Origin: Cenococcum geophilum
Lineage: Eukaryota
NCBI GenBank assembly: GCA_050273025.1
Contig: CP158636.1
Span: 5,952,001-6,016,000, forward strand
Direction: 5' to 3'
DNA: 64,000 nt
Positions 46,084-58,061 of the stretch are shown here, piece by piece. The position numbers were made by a program, and so were the translations under genes. The notes beneath the pieces were generated by a model. That model had not been told where the DNA came from, ran no database searches, and saw only the letters and a list, made by a program, of their open reading frames with translations. Each line of letters starts with the position of its first letter. The first letter of the stretch is position 1.

Positions 46084-47102
46084 ATGTCAGCCGACCCTCG
46101 ACTCGCACGCTCACGGCCGCAGCAACCCACGACGGTCCCGCCTCCGCCGCCGCCGCCGCCACCGGTAGAAGCGCACCCGGACTCAACAAAAATGGCCGTC
46201 GACGGCGCCAAAGACGCTCAGCCGCAAGAAGGCGTAGTAAAAGACGGCTTCAAGCTGCGATTCTGCACAGTATGCGCCAGCAACAACAACAGGTATGTCC
46301 TTTCCCAATTTTAGATATTGCTGCAGAGAACTCCCCTCACTCCCCCAACGTCCACGCCCACACCTGTCTCCGCAGCACACCCACACACCCCATTCGTATC
46401 CTCACCACTCTCGCCTCATCTCACCAGCAACTAATCACCCACAGATCAATGGAATCCCACCTCCGCCTCGCCACCGCCTCGCTCCCCGTCATCTCCTTCG
46501 GCACCGGCTCGCTGGTCCGGCTCCCAGGACCGTCCATAACGCAACCAAACGTCTACTCGTTCAACAGCACGACGTACCGCGCGATCCACGCCGAGCTCGC
46601 CAACCAGAACACGGCGCTCTACAACGCCAACGGCCTCCTGCCCATGCTCGCCCGCAACCTCGGCATAAAATCCTACCCGGAGCGCTTCCAGGACTGGGTG
46701 CCGGGGAAGCCGCGCCTCGACCACGCCGCCGACAAGGGCGCGCCGGGCACCGAGGCCGGCGTCGTCGACGCCATCATCACCTGCGAGGAGCGCTGCTTCG
46801 ACGCCGTGCTCGACGACCTGCTGAATAAAGGCGGCAGGCTGAACAGGCCCGTCCATGTCTTCAATGTCGATATCCGGGATAACCACGAGGAGGCCCTGGT
46901 GGGTGGGCGCGCCATTCTGGATCTGGCCGTGAGGCTGAACGAGTGTGCGGCGCGGGAGAGGGAGGTGCATGGGGAGGGTGAGTGGGAGCGGGGGAGCGGG
47001 AAGGCGAGGGAGGGGTTTGATGAGAAGGTGCCGGAGATTTTGGGGGAGTGGCAGGTGCGGTGGCCGGGGTTGCCGGCGCTGTGGACGCTGGCGTGGTTTT
47101 AG
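46084..47102 (+). CDS. SSU72: RNA polymerase II CTD phosphatase Ssu72, 2 exons
   Basis: [16 protein letters not shown] (CX5R), [39 protein letters not shown]; intron 46293-46444. Confidence 0.96.
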
Positions 47103-47806
47103 CGGGTTTGGCTGCTCTTAATTGATTTTACAAGTCTGGGCGGATGGATGGATGGACGGGTGGGTAGGTGGGTGACGCTGATGGGTTAATGCATAGCGAC
47201 GGCGCTGCTGGAGTTAGATATTTTGGCTGGATACAGGATCATGGAGGTCCTCTTGTGTATGTCGCTCTCTAGACTTCACACCCTTATACGCTGAGCACTC
47301 AGAATACTAGATACCCATTCCTTCTCTCTCTGCAGCTAGCGATACCTACATTTCCCTCGTCCCCGACAACCTCCCTTCACTCATCCCATCAAAATTCCAC
47401 CGGAAGCAAAGCAATGATATCCGCTATCCACACGGTGCCATCTCGCCCAAAGAAAACGCCAGCCATGACACCACTCGCTCCCATGCCAAACCAAGGGGGA
47501 AAATATGCAAGAAAAGACACAGGTATCCATACTCACTCGCTTGCAATTGCTCAGGAGCTGTTCTCGCAGTAGCAGCCACCGTACCCGGACCCGATGTAAC
47601 ATGCGAAGGAGAAGTTTAAAAAACAAAAAGTCAAAAAAAGGTATAGGACAAAGGAAACAGAACATATCAGTACGGGAAACTCTCACTGGAGATGCGTGGA
47701 TAACGCGAGCTTTACGCATAAAATGCTTGCTCGGGTAGTAGTTTGCAGTAGGTGACTAATGCCACCAGTATATGGTATAATGGGGTAATTTAGAAATAGG
47801 TGAGGC

Positions 47807-50800
47807 TTAGATCTTCCGTGAGAATGTCTTCATGCGTGAGATCTGCGTCGCGGCAGGTAGGGCATCGGCGAAGCGATCGCGCTCTATCATCGGCCAAGAT
47901 TAGCACCAGGTTCGGGGCCATGAATCGGTGTCAAGGAAGGGGGACTAAGGGAAGAGGAGGGAGGGGGAGGGGGAGGAGAGAACGTACCAGCCTGAGTATC
48001 AAACCCAATAGTAACATCATCATGTTCACCAGGATACTCAACCACATCCAAGCACACGAACCGGCGCTTCTGACCCGCCCAACCCTGCTGCCTGCCCTCG
48101 GCTTTCTCCAGCTTGCCCTCGCCCTTGCGTTCCTCAACTGGTAGCGCGAACTTGGCGTCCACCAGCCGCAGGTAGAATTTGCCACCCTTGTCGACCTTCT
48201 CGAACACATCCATCGATTTGAGCTGGAAGGCCATGGAGTCGGCGTGCGAGAACTCTTCGAAGAAGGCGAGTAGCCGGCATATGTTGTCTTGCTGTACGAT
48301 TTGAATTCGTACGGTTGACGCTTCCCATCGCTTGTAGATGGGCACGACCATGCGACGCCGAGCGATGGTGTAGGAGGAAGCAATGCTGTTAATGCATTGG
48401 TAAGCTGGGATTCAAATGAAACGAGGAATAATAGGATGCTCACCCGTCAAACTTGACGTAGAAGCCCGTAATAGCCATTTGGAAAGCATGCAGATCTTTC
48501 AGGTTATGGAAAGAATAGGTCCTCAACGTCGATGCGGTGGTAAGTGTCCGCAGCAGCTCAGCCAATGCTTCAGGGATGTCTTGCTCTGTGTGTTTGACAT
48601 CGACGGCAATATTCATGTCTTCTTGTGGATTGCGTAGAACGGTGATCTCAGCACTACCGCTAGTTTGGAGCCGGAGAAGAAGCTCGCCGGGACCTGATAC
48701 ACAAAGTTAGCTTGAATTTTGCCAAGTGCAACCAGTAAAGTGGTATAGAGAGCTACAAATAATGTGGGGGTTAGCCTTACTCAAATTCATCCGGTCCGTT
48801 AAAGATCCAGCCGAGTGTCTCGCCACAACCCTTAACCTCTCTGACAGCACCGTCTGTGGTATATCCATATTGCCGGTCTCAGGATCAAGATTAAGCGTCT
48901 TCACATCCTGCCATTGTAGTCTCTTCAAGGCGTCTCTTCCTGAGTGGGAAAAGGCTTCAGCCTGATCTGCATTCTCAATGCTGAAGCCTTTCAACGGCAC
49001 CTGCGCAAACACGGTCTCATCTGTATCTACGTTCATGCCGGTGAGGGTGCCAAAGAGCATGTCCCTCTCTTTCTCGTCATTGAAAACAAGAAACATAACA
49101 CACTGTTTCAGCTTCTTGTCGGCTTTCTCCTTAACCCGGAATACCACTACCGGGAAACCACTCTCAGAAGCATCTGCTTTAAATTCGAAGTTCATGGGCT
49201 CCTGTTTCCCAAATTCATGACTGATAGAATTTAACGTCCTGCTTTTTGGGTTTGTGACTATTAGGAAACGATATCCACGATGTAGACGTCTCTTTCCACT
49301 TCCTTCGTTGCGCCTCTCGCATTTCTCAAAAAGGACAGCTCTACATCGCTTGACGCGTTCCGCTGGGAACACTCCGGAATTGGCTGGATCCGTGTACTGG
49401 AACTCTCGGAGGATCAGGTTGTAGACAATGCGTTCGTCTTCGCGGGGCCTGAGGCTCACTTCAATTTTATTTGTATGGTCGACAATAGTCCAGAGGTTGC
49501 GCAAGTCTTGTTCGGTGAAGTCGATGTTGAGGTTGAAGCCGTGAGGTAGACTGACACACATGTTAGAGGAACGGACTTTCCATGTCACATCGTCCCACGT
49601 TGGACCAAGTTTCTTGTCATTTTGCACGCGGATGTTAACGAGCTCGTTTAGGCTACAAATTGAGATCTTGACTTTGAGGTCGTTATGCGAGCGGAGAACA
49701 GAGAGAACGCAAGGTATGGGGACACGATCAGTCTCAGCCTCGTCTGTTGTGACTGAAACCTGGACGAACATGCGGAAATAGCAGAAGTCCGTTTTTGTAT
49801 CGCCCGGCGGCATACAAGTCAGAGGATTCAACTGCTGAGCAGGCCCATCCATCACCAGTGATCTTGTAGAATTGCCAGACAAGATAGCTTTAACGTCCGG
49901 AGCAAAGTTTGGATATTTAATCCAAATCGTTTGATCCTGACCTTGGATTAGTGACTGCCGCGGCGGCATGACATGATGGCGCTTCATTGATGCCAGAAGC
50001 AGTTTCAGAAATCCTAGAACAGTATCGTGCACTTCGAAAATCTCGGCCATGGCAATATCTCCGGCTTCTCTTGCTAAGCGAGCTTGAGATCCCGCCTTCA
50101 AGTCACCGTACTTCCTGATGGTAGGATGTTTCTGAATAACTTCAGTTAGTATCCACCACGTTTTCGCAAGGTCGACATGTGCCTGAGTCAGCAGTTGAGC
50201 TGTCGGGGGCGCTCCAGGATCTCCACGAGGCCGATTCCGGATGAGGTTTTCCATTCCAGCACGTCCGCGTAAGAACCACCAGATAGCTGCACGTAGCCAT
50301 TGCATTGGTGAGAATTCATGAAGTGGTCTTTCCAGTTCTGCGGTGAGTCGGAAAATGCCTTGCATGTGTATTATACGATCGGTAAAATCTGCCAGCGCTG
50401 CATCCCCCTGTGACCTCGTATCTGATCGGCTAAGCGAGTTAGGTGCTGCTTGCATACCCGGATCCTGTCGAGAGGGAGCAACGGCCTGCATAACTGGATC
50501 CTGATTCGAAGGGAGGGCAGTGCGCATTCCAGGATCTTGGTCTAGAGCGAGCGCCGGAGATCTCAGAGGTTGAGAAAACTCCATCTCCGAGGTAGATGAT
50601 GTGAAATAACTCGGGGAGTTGCGTGAGGGGGGCTGTGGTGAGGGGCGCAAAGAGCCATTATTAGGATAGTTGTCAAACTGTGCTTTACGAGGCGATGGGG
50701 CTGGAGCAATTGGAGAGCCTCGCGGAAGGGTTTGCGGCTGTGGTATGGGATAGTTCGGTGAAGACGAAGCTGATGGTCTTTGGGTATCGATGTCGAGATG

Positions 50801-52228
50801 TGAGTTTTGGGGCGCCATAAGAGATTTGCGAATAGGAAGTTCGTTGGAGGATCTCGGAGCATTTGGAGGTCGTGACTGTAGCTGTGGTTGTGTCATGATG
50901 GGATTTACCGGAGAACGTCTCGAAGAATTCGACGGCCGTGACTGGAGTTGCACTGGCGGTGGAAAAGGAGCTTCGTACGACGATCTCGCCGCATTCCCGG
51001 ATGGCGACTGGGTGTATGATTGAGGGGAGCCTACAGAGAAAGAGTATGTGCTTGAAACAGACGGCCTTCTCCCATCCTCCACAGCAGAACTGGTGTGATA
51101 CAACGCAGCCTCATGCAACGCCCTACCCTCATCAGCTCGCATCTTCTGCTGGACCCTCGCAGAGAACGAATTCGGGTCTGAAGGTTCACTCTCCAAAAAA
51201 TGCTTCTTGAAGTCAATTGGTGAGTCGTTCTCTCCAAGATCCATCTCCGGTAACCGAGGTGTGTCCTCTTCCTCAGGAATGCAAACATTATGCGGTACAT
51301 AACTGGTCTGTGTGCGTCGAAGAGGCTGAGGTTCGAATTCATCCCTTTCAGGTAGTGACTCAGTAAATGCGGGTTTCACACGCCGAAATATTGGCGATGC
51401 ATGAAAATCATCCGAATCTGCTGAATTTATTGAATCCATACTGGGCCTCGGAACCCCATCATCAACGCCTTGAAATCCAGTGGGTGCCCTCTTGAGAGGT
51501 TGAGGTCGATCGCCCAATCCCAGTGGTCCTAATCTTTGTGGAGGAGATGGCATAGGCGCTGCCTGCGATGTAATATTACCCATGTCCATTTTCAGTTGCA
51601 ATGGCGGGGAAATTTCTCCGTGAGACGTCTGGGCCCTTCTGATACCAGGAGGCCGCTCATCCTCAGTGACAGACTGCTTAGATTGTCCACTACGAAGTCC
51701 ATTGAATTCGGGAGAGCGCAATCCCACCACACTGTCGTCCCTATGTCCCTGAAACTGTTCTAGGTCTACCGAGGGTGTGCTGCTCTTCCGCCGTGACACG
51801 TCAATTGAAGGAGATTCCGCCTCATCACCACCCTCGCCAATAACCTCAGGCGCGGTCCTGGCAAAGGACACCGTGAGACCTTTCCCTTTCCTTGGCCGGC
51901 TATTACTGCTACCCCGCATCGACGACGGTATACCTAGCGGTGTGGGTCTTGGGCTCGGCGTCTGAGCATGTATATCGTGGGCACCGGGCCATCTCTGCGC
52001 GGCGGCGACATCTATGCGAGGTTTGGGTAGGGCGTTCAGCTGCGCTTTTTGAGTGGAGGGTTTGAGGAAGTCGGCAACGTCTTGCTCGATATTTGCTTTC
52101 TGCTGCTTCGTTTCCTTAGCAGGTTTAGCAGGTGCTTCGTCGTTGGAAAATATTTTGCCGCGCCAGCGGCGCTTGCTGAGGAATTTGCGTTCGTCCTGAC
52201 GCCCTACGGTGGCTTCACTGTCGGTCAT
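47807..52228 (-). CDS. Large conserved fungal uncharacterised protein (Pro/Ser-rich N-terminus, globular C-terminal domains), 4 exons
   Basis: 1188-codon ORF continued through three GT..AG introns to ...FADALPAATQISRMKTFSRKI* (TAA 47807-47809); first ATG 52228. Confidence 0.82.
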
Positions 52229-54782
52229 GGCGAGAAGTGCGAGTGGTTGAGGGGTTGAGGGCAAAGTGAGCACGCGACGACGGTATACAGGAGAGGATGG
52301 TGGCCGCAGGCACAGAAAGTAGCAAGTTCATGCGGGCCCGAGACTGGGGAGACGCATAAGTTGCACAGCAGTTCGACGGGTATCGCGGCGACTACTGACG
52401 GCCAGCCGTTATCGGCGGTGGGTAGCTGGGCAGCCCAATGCGGCACAGATGGCGCTTAAGGGAGCGGCCGAGGCTGAGAATAGGCGTCGGTATTGGCAGG
52501 TGTAGCGGAAAGAGAGGCCCGTCCTTTCGCTATGTCTGAGACGTCTCCAGCACTGTCCTCACGCTGTCGTCAATGCTGTCGACAACACATTGTCTCTGCT
52601 CAAGCAAAGAAAAGCAGTGCACCTGTCGTCAGACCCACCAATGGCAGAGAATTGAACCATTGTCCTAGATTCGCATACGTACTACCCGCCCTCTCATTCA
52701 CGTCCACATCATGCTGGTTTCAAGTTTCGTTGCCTCACCAGCGCATCAAATAACGTTACATTACCCGCGACTTTCTGGGGGATCCCGACGCTAAAACTGA
52801 GCTTGGGGCCCGCGCAAAACCACCGTCCCCTCGCCATCATTGAGCCACCCGCCGCCAAAATCCTCGCCGTTTCCGTGGTGAACGTCGCTGTGGCAATGAT
52901 TCTGGCACTATGACTGCGAATCCAGGGACCAGCGTCTAGCACATCTTGTGTGCCAGCAAACCTCATCTCGGCCCCCCAATACTGCCCTAGCGATGGGAAT
53001 ATGATCCTTCTCGCATCCCCTGCAGCCTTATCTGCGTCGATATTAAGCTCACCACTCCGCACATGCCACTAACGGCCCTCCACCGGCAATTGAATCCTCG
53101 ACTGTAGTCAACTTCTCACTCTTTCGGATGATCTACACGGCTTTAATGGGCGATAATCTCCTTCCACATGCGTCTGTGTTTCCTGCAACAGATCGAACTA
53201 TTAGCCCGCCCATGTCCACCGTGGCTGTCTTCAGTCCACGGCTCAGCGATGTCTGCCAAGCCACTTAGGCCACACGCATCGTGTAATTAAGTCAGAACTC
53301 AATTCTGCGTCCGCGTGGAATCTACCGGGTAGGTTTCAACACCATGGGCCTTGCAGACTGCAGCCACCTCAAACCGAGCAGTATTCGCGTCCCGTCTCAT
53401 TCCAGCGTCATTTGATCGTGATGATGAGACGACTATACTTGAGGGTCTTACTGCGGTTTCTGTCAAGCTCTCGTAAGACCGTAGAATTTCTTCCTGTTTG
53501 ACAGAAGCGTAGGAAAAAAGGGGCAAAGTAGGTAGTAAAGAGGTCAGCACTTGTATTATTCATCTCATGCCCTAAACATCTAAATCTACTGCTATTATAA
53601 AGAAGCTATTCTGGCAGTATAAATTAATATCGTCCTATCAAAGTCTACACTCTACACTCTACACTAATTTGAAATCACCATGCGTCGCATCCCATCCCCA
53701 TTTGGCTTTCAACGGCACTTCTTCCCTTGCCCAGCTAAAATTTGAACAATCCTCATTCTATCACTCACACGCACCCCAGCTGCACAGCAATAGCAATAAC
53801 CATCTAGGAATTTGACAGACCGAGCTGAGCAACATCCCACACAGCCCCCTCAACTCACATTTGCATTACTCCCACCTCTTCCCACATCTCTCCGGCGTCC
53901 AGAATCACACCCATCCCACTCTCCTGCGTAGCCTATCCTTGCGGTCTAGAAGACAATGTAAGCACAGCAGCCAAGTAGATAGGTCATCCGCATCACATAA
54001 TCAAAGCATCAATTACAAACCGCACATGCACTCAAATAGAAACAAAAATCATAAATCCGTAGATTCCATACCCGCCCACCTATGTAACCCCAAAAAAGAA
54101 AAACCTGCCCTCCCCCTGCAAGGCCGGCCTCACAGCACATGCCACGCACGATGAACCCATATAATACAACCCATCCATCATCAATCATCAAGCCCGCCCC
54201 TTCAGCGTCCCCTCAAAGTCATCCGTGAGAAAAGAGAGCAAACTCCGCTCTGAACAGAACCCCACAAGACCGCCATAAGCACCGCCATGGGCCACGCCGC
54301 GCTGCAGAGCAAGAAAAGAGGGAGATGCCATGAAGCACGCATGCAGATCGTCAAAAAAGCAAGCTTGCTGTTCCCGTCCGTGTCTCGTAAATTCATCAAG
54401 AATCGCGCAGACCGCCCACGCTCCCAGTGCTGAGCTGGAGAGCTAAACCAAAAGTCCCATACCGTAAAAAGAGCCCGTCTGTCCACGAAACACCGCGCAA
54501 GAAGAGAAAACGCAAACGCGGATTAAGCCATTGCTGAATCAAGCCGGGGAATTGGAGAAAGGAGGGCATAAAGAAGGGGAAAGAGAAGCTAGCACCACCG
54601 GAAACTCCACCCGTGTATCTTCTCACGCATTGTAGATCGTTCGTTCTTTCGTTCGTTCGTCCATCGTAGATAGGTCGTCAGTTGCGAAACTGAAAGCGAA
54701 TGGATGCACCACTGCCAGACACTCAACCCTCCACTCCCCTCCACACCTGTTCCTTGCATCACCATCTCCTTCTGCTGCAACA

Positions 54783-57700
54783 CTACACAACTCTCACCCC
54801 TTCCACCAAATACCTCGGCCCGATACTCTGCCTCAACACCTCCCGCCTCTTCTCCGCGCTACGCTCCCACTTCCTGCGCCTGCGCTCTTGGAACTTCTCC
54901 TTCATTCCACTGAGCCCAATATACTGCACCTGCATCCCCAACCCAGGGATCGACTTGCCCTTCCGCCAGCCCTCCCTACGGGCCTCCTTCCTCCCACGCT
55001 CAAGCGACCCCGAACTCCCCAACGAGCCCCTCGAACTGCGCTTCTCGACCCGACTCGGCGCTACACTCGCGGCCATCGCCGCGGGAACCGCCACATGCGG
55101 ACGGCGACGATTCGTCCCCGAGCGCTCGACCCCGAGCGAGTTCCCGATCAGGAACCCGCCGGAGCCCTTGAAGCTGTTGGTGAGGCGGCGGCCCAGCGCG
55201 CCCAGCGCGGCCACCGCGGCCGGCGACTCGCGCACCTCGACGTCGCTGGTGTCGCCGCCCAGGGGGAGCGGCGACGCGCCCGCCTCGCTGTCCTCGCTCT
55301 CCGGGTCGCTGTCCTCGAACCCCTCCCAGAAGCCGCGCGGCCGCCAGAACGGGTGTAGGTTGCCGTCGTCCTCGCTGACGCTCGGCACGCGTCGCGCCCC
55401 GGGTGCTGCGCCGCTGCTGCTGCCGCCGCCGCCGCCGCCGCCGCCGACTACGCGGGTGCGTGTGCTGGGTGCTCGTGCGAGTAGCGGCGCGATGAATGTG
55501 TCGGAGTACCGTCGTGCGCGCTGCACGAGGGAGAGCCGGCGCACGGGGCGTGCGGTGCTTTGGGGCGGTGGGCCTGGGGTGAGTTGGCGGTCTAGCTCTT
55601 CCATCGGGGTTGGCGGTATTATTTTGAATGCTGGGGGGATAGGTGGCTTGCGGGGGTTCTTCAGTGGCGAGTCTACAGTACCAGGCACTGGCAGAATGCT
55701 TTGAAGTGGTGGGGTCGAAGGTTCAAAGGCTAGAGTTGGTTGTTGGGGTTGTAGAAGTTCTGTTTCCACTGACGGAGGAGACGAAGGAAAGTTTAATGGG
55801 GAGTTGGTAAGTTCGTGTGGAGTGTAAGATAGAGTATTTGAGCGCGCGACTTGCTGCACAACGAGAAGAGAGTGGTTGTTATGGGGATATATGCTTACGG
55901 CTGTTGCTTCGCTAACTTCAAGAGCATCAGGCGTATCAGAGAACTGGGAGAACGGTGTCGACGGTGCGTAGAGATGACGCGCCATAGCATGCTCTTCGGT
56001 ACGGACGGTGGATCTGTCGAAGCTCATGCGTCTATGATCGTCTGGATGCAAAGAGGATCCATCAAAACTAACACGAGGAAGCTCTTCGATGGCACTCCGT
56101 TCGAGTGGGTGAAGGTGGTCTTCCTGAGATATAGAAGACCCTCCAATGTTAGAACTAAGACGTCGATTCTCTGAATTGCCTCTTGCTGGCGGATGTGGTT
56201 CTTTTATAGTAGGAACTCGTTCTGAATAAGACTTCCGTTGCTCACTATTCTCCTTTTCTTTCAACTCAGAGATGACTGCTTGACGCAGAGTATTTTCGAG
56301 TGGAGGTGTTATGGGTAATGCTGGCAATTCCTTACAAGTGTTAAGCGGAGTTGTTAAATTCTCAGAGACACGCCTAGTCCGACGCAGTGTCGGAGATGTA
56401 GGGGAAGGCGAAGTCGTCTCAATCCTTGGCGCAGAGTTCGCAGTTGGCTCTATGGGACTCTTAACCTCAGTCTCCTTGTCAGGCGTTTCAGGTGTTTGCG
56501 ATTGTAAAGTTGATTTCCGTGTAGGCTGAGATACCCTGATGTCTCTGGTAGCTTCTGGAGCAGAAAACATCCGCCTATGACCGTAAATATCTTTACGATG
56601 AGTTCGTGGAAGCGAATGAGCCTGTGTAAGTTCTTTTCTCAGAATCTCTGCAGCTGGCTGAAGAACTTTGGTTTCCTTCTCCTGAGGAAATACTACCACT
56701 GGAATAGTCTCACGAAGTTGTCTCGGCGATGAAGTTGGCGCAGACGCGGTATCCATCACTGATATATCTGATTCCCCACTATATCGGTTTTTCCTGTCAG
56801 GTATTCGTGACCTCTTATGGACCAGTCGGTGCAAAGGGACATCATCAGAGGTGAGAGAGTTCCGGTTCGACCGGGTTACTGGACTGCGCTCAGTAGGAGA
56901 ATCACCATCTCTACGAAGGGCAAGATTCTTTCCAGTGTGGCGGAGAGTCCGGTGTCGTTGTGGGGGTGTAATGATGACCACTGCTTCCACAACGGTTGAA
57001 GCAGTAGACACCGTAGAGAGTCGCTTCGGGTCGGCATTTCGTAGGTGGGAGTTCAGAATATCGTTGACCTCGTTTGGCCATCCAATCTCGTGCGCAAATT
57101 TCTCCATGGAAGGTGTGCGAGGACTGTTTTTGCTTACATTGACACGTTCACGCAAGCTCGAGCCTCTTCTGACGGTTGACCCGGTCCCTGATGACGTGGT
57201 GTCCAGGAGATCCAGTTTCTGTTTGGGTGATGTCTTTGGTCGCCGTTTTCTGCGTACCGTTACATACCTCATCAAATTTGTATCCCATTCTCGGTTCGGA
57301 ACATAATCCACATTAAAACTCTCATTATCGTCCTCTTCATCGTTCTCTGTGGGTGTCTTAACAATCGTATGTCCGTGTGGAGTTCGAGCAGTCGGCGTCG
57401 AATCGCCATCGTCGATTTCAAACGCCAAGCCCAGTCCCCTATCATCCGCCCGTCCGAGTCTCGACGAGCCTGAGGACCCAGGTATAGGAGCATCATCTAA
57501 CGGAAGATGTATTCGGCTATCTCCTGCATCAGATGACCACTGTTCTTCTCTTGCAGTTTTAAATGACTCGGCCCTCGATGACGGGTATGTAAACGGCAGA
57601 GATCGCTCCGGAGTAGCTAAGGAGTCCGTCGTCCTGGGTGGACTAGGACCAGGCGTTGGGGGACTTCGTTGATTAATCGGGGTGCTGAGAGATGGCTTCT

Positions 57701-58061
57701 TCGAGATCAAGGAAGACATGACGCCGTCCGCAAAAGGTGGTGGGCTGAATTCAACCCTCGGAGCATGGTCTAGTGAATTCGAGGGTGGCGTCGGAGGTAA
57801 ACCTGAATCGGCGCTTTTCAAAAGACTGGGCGATGCAAGAGGCGTTAGATCGTGTGTGCTGAGCTGCGCGGAAGTTTCATCATCAGTAAATGAAGCAGCG
57901 ACCTTAACAGGCGCGGCGGCAGGGGATATGCTACGAAAGTCGTTTCTTCGTCGTGGTAGGGCCTTGTGAGATTTTAGCAGTGGCATCTCGTGGAAAGATG
58001 GCTCGAGAAGAGTGTAAGTTTGATCCGAATGTGGTCCTGGCATGTTGGAAATGCTGATCAT
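54783..58061 (-). CDS. Uncharacterised 1092-aa Ser/Pro/Arg-rich fungal protein
   Basis: Single long ATG-initiated ORF with short conserved-looking islands (EVSEATAVSIYPHNNHSLLVVQQ, LHPFWRPRGFWEGFEDSD, VQYIGL). Confidence 0.85.
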   Translation of the reverse strand: MISISNMPGPHSDQTYTLLEPSFHEMPLLKSHKALPRRRNDFRSISPAAAPVKVAASFTDDETSAQLSTHDLTPLASPSLLKSADSGLPPTPPSNSLDHAPRVEFSPPPFADGVMSSLISKKPSLSTPINQRSPPTPGPSPPRTTDSLATPERSLPFTYPSSRAESFKTAREEQWSSDAGDSRIHLPLDDAPIPGSSGSSRLGRADDRGLGLAFEIDDGDSTPTARTPHGHTIVKTPTENDEEDDNESFNVDYVPNREWDTNLMRYVTVRRKRRPKTSPKQKLDLLDTTSSGTGSTVRRGSSLRERVNVSKNSPRTPSMEKFAHEIGWPNEVNDILNSHLRNADPKRLSTVSTASTVVEAVVIITPPQRHRTLRHTGKNLALRRDGDSPTERSPVTRSNRNSLTSDDVPLHRLVHKRSRIPDRKNRYSGESDISVMDTASAPTSSPRQLRETIPVVVFPQEKETKVLQPAAEILRKELTQAHSLPRTHRKDIYGHRRMFSAPEATRDIRVSQPTRKSTLQSQTPETPDKETEVKSPIEPTANSAPRIETTSPSPTSPTLRRTRRVSENLTTPLNTCKELPALPITPPLENTLRQAVISELKEKENSEQRKSYSERVPTIKEPHPPARGNSENRRLSSNIGGSSISQEDHLHPLERSAIEELPRVSFDGSSLHPDDHRRMSFDRSTVRTEEHAMARHLYAPSTPFSQFSDTPDALEVSEATAVSIYPHNNHSLLVVQQVARSNTLSYTPHELTNSPLNFPSSPPSVETELLQPQQPTLAFEPSTPPLQSILPVPGTVDSPLKNPRKPPIPPAFKIIPPTPMEELDRQLTPGPPPQSTARPVRRLSLVQRARRYSDTFIAPLLARAPSTRTRVVGGGGGGGGSSSGAAPGARRVPSVSEDDGNLHPFWRPRGFWEGFEDSDPESEDSEAGASPLPLGGDTSDVEVRESPAAVAALGALGRRLTNSFKGSGGFLIGNSLGVERSGTNRRRPHVAVPAAMAASVAPSRVEKRSSRGSLGSSGSLERGRKEARREGWRKGKSIPGLGMQVQYIGLSGMKEKFQERRRRKWERSAEKRREVLRQSIGPRYLVEGVRVV

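Noticed and set aside
45975..46444. N-terminal half of the 375-aa ORF as part of Ssu72
   Set aside because: It reads through the intron in the wrong frame; the catalytic CASNNNR exon is in the 46084 frame.
54700..55704. 334-aa plus-strand ORF (and similar ORFs at 37530-38321 and 46295-46970)
   Set aside because: Shadow ORFs over GC-rich coding regions of real genes; no independent motifs.
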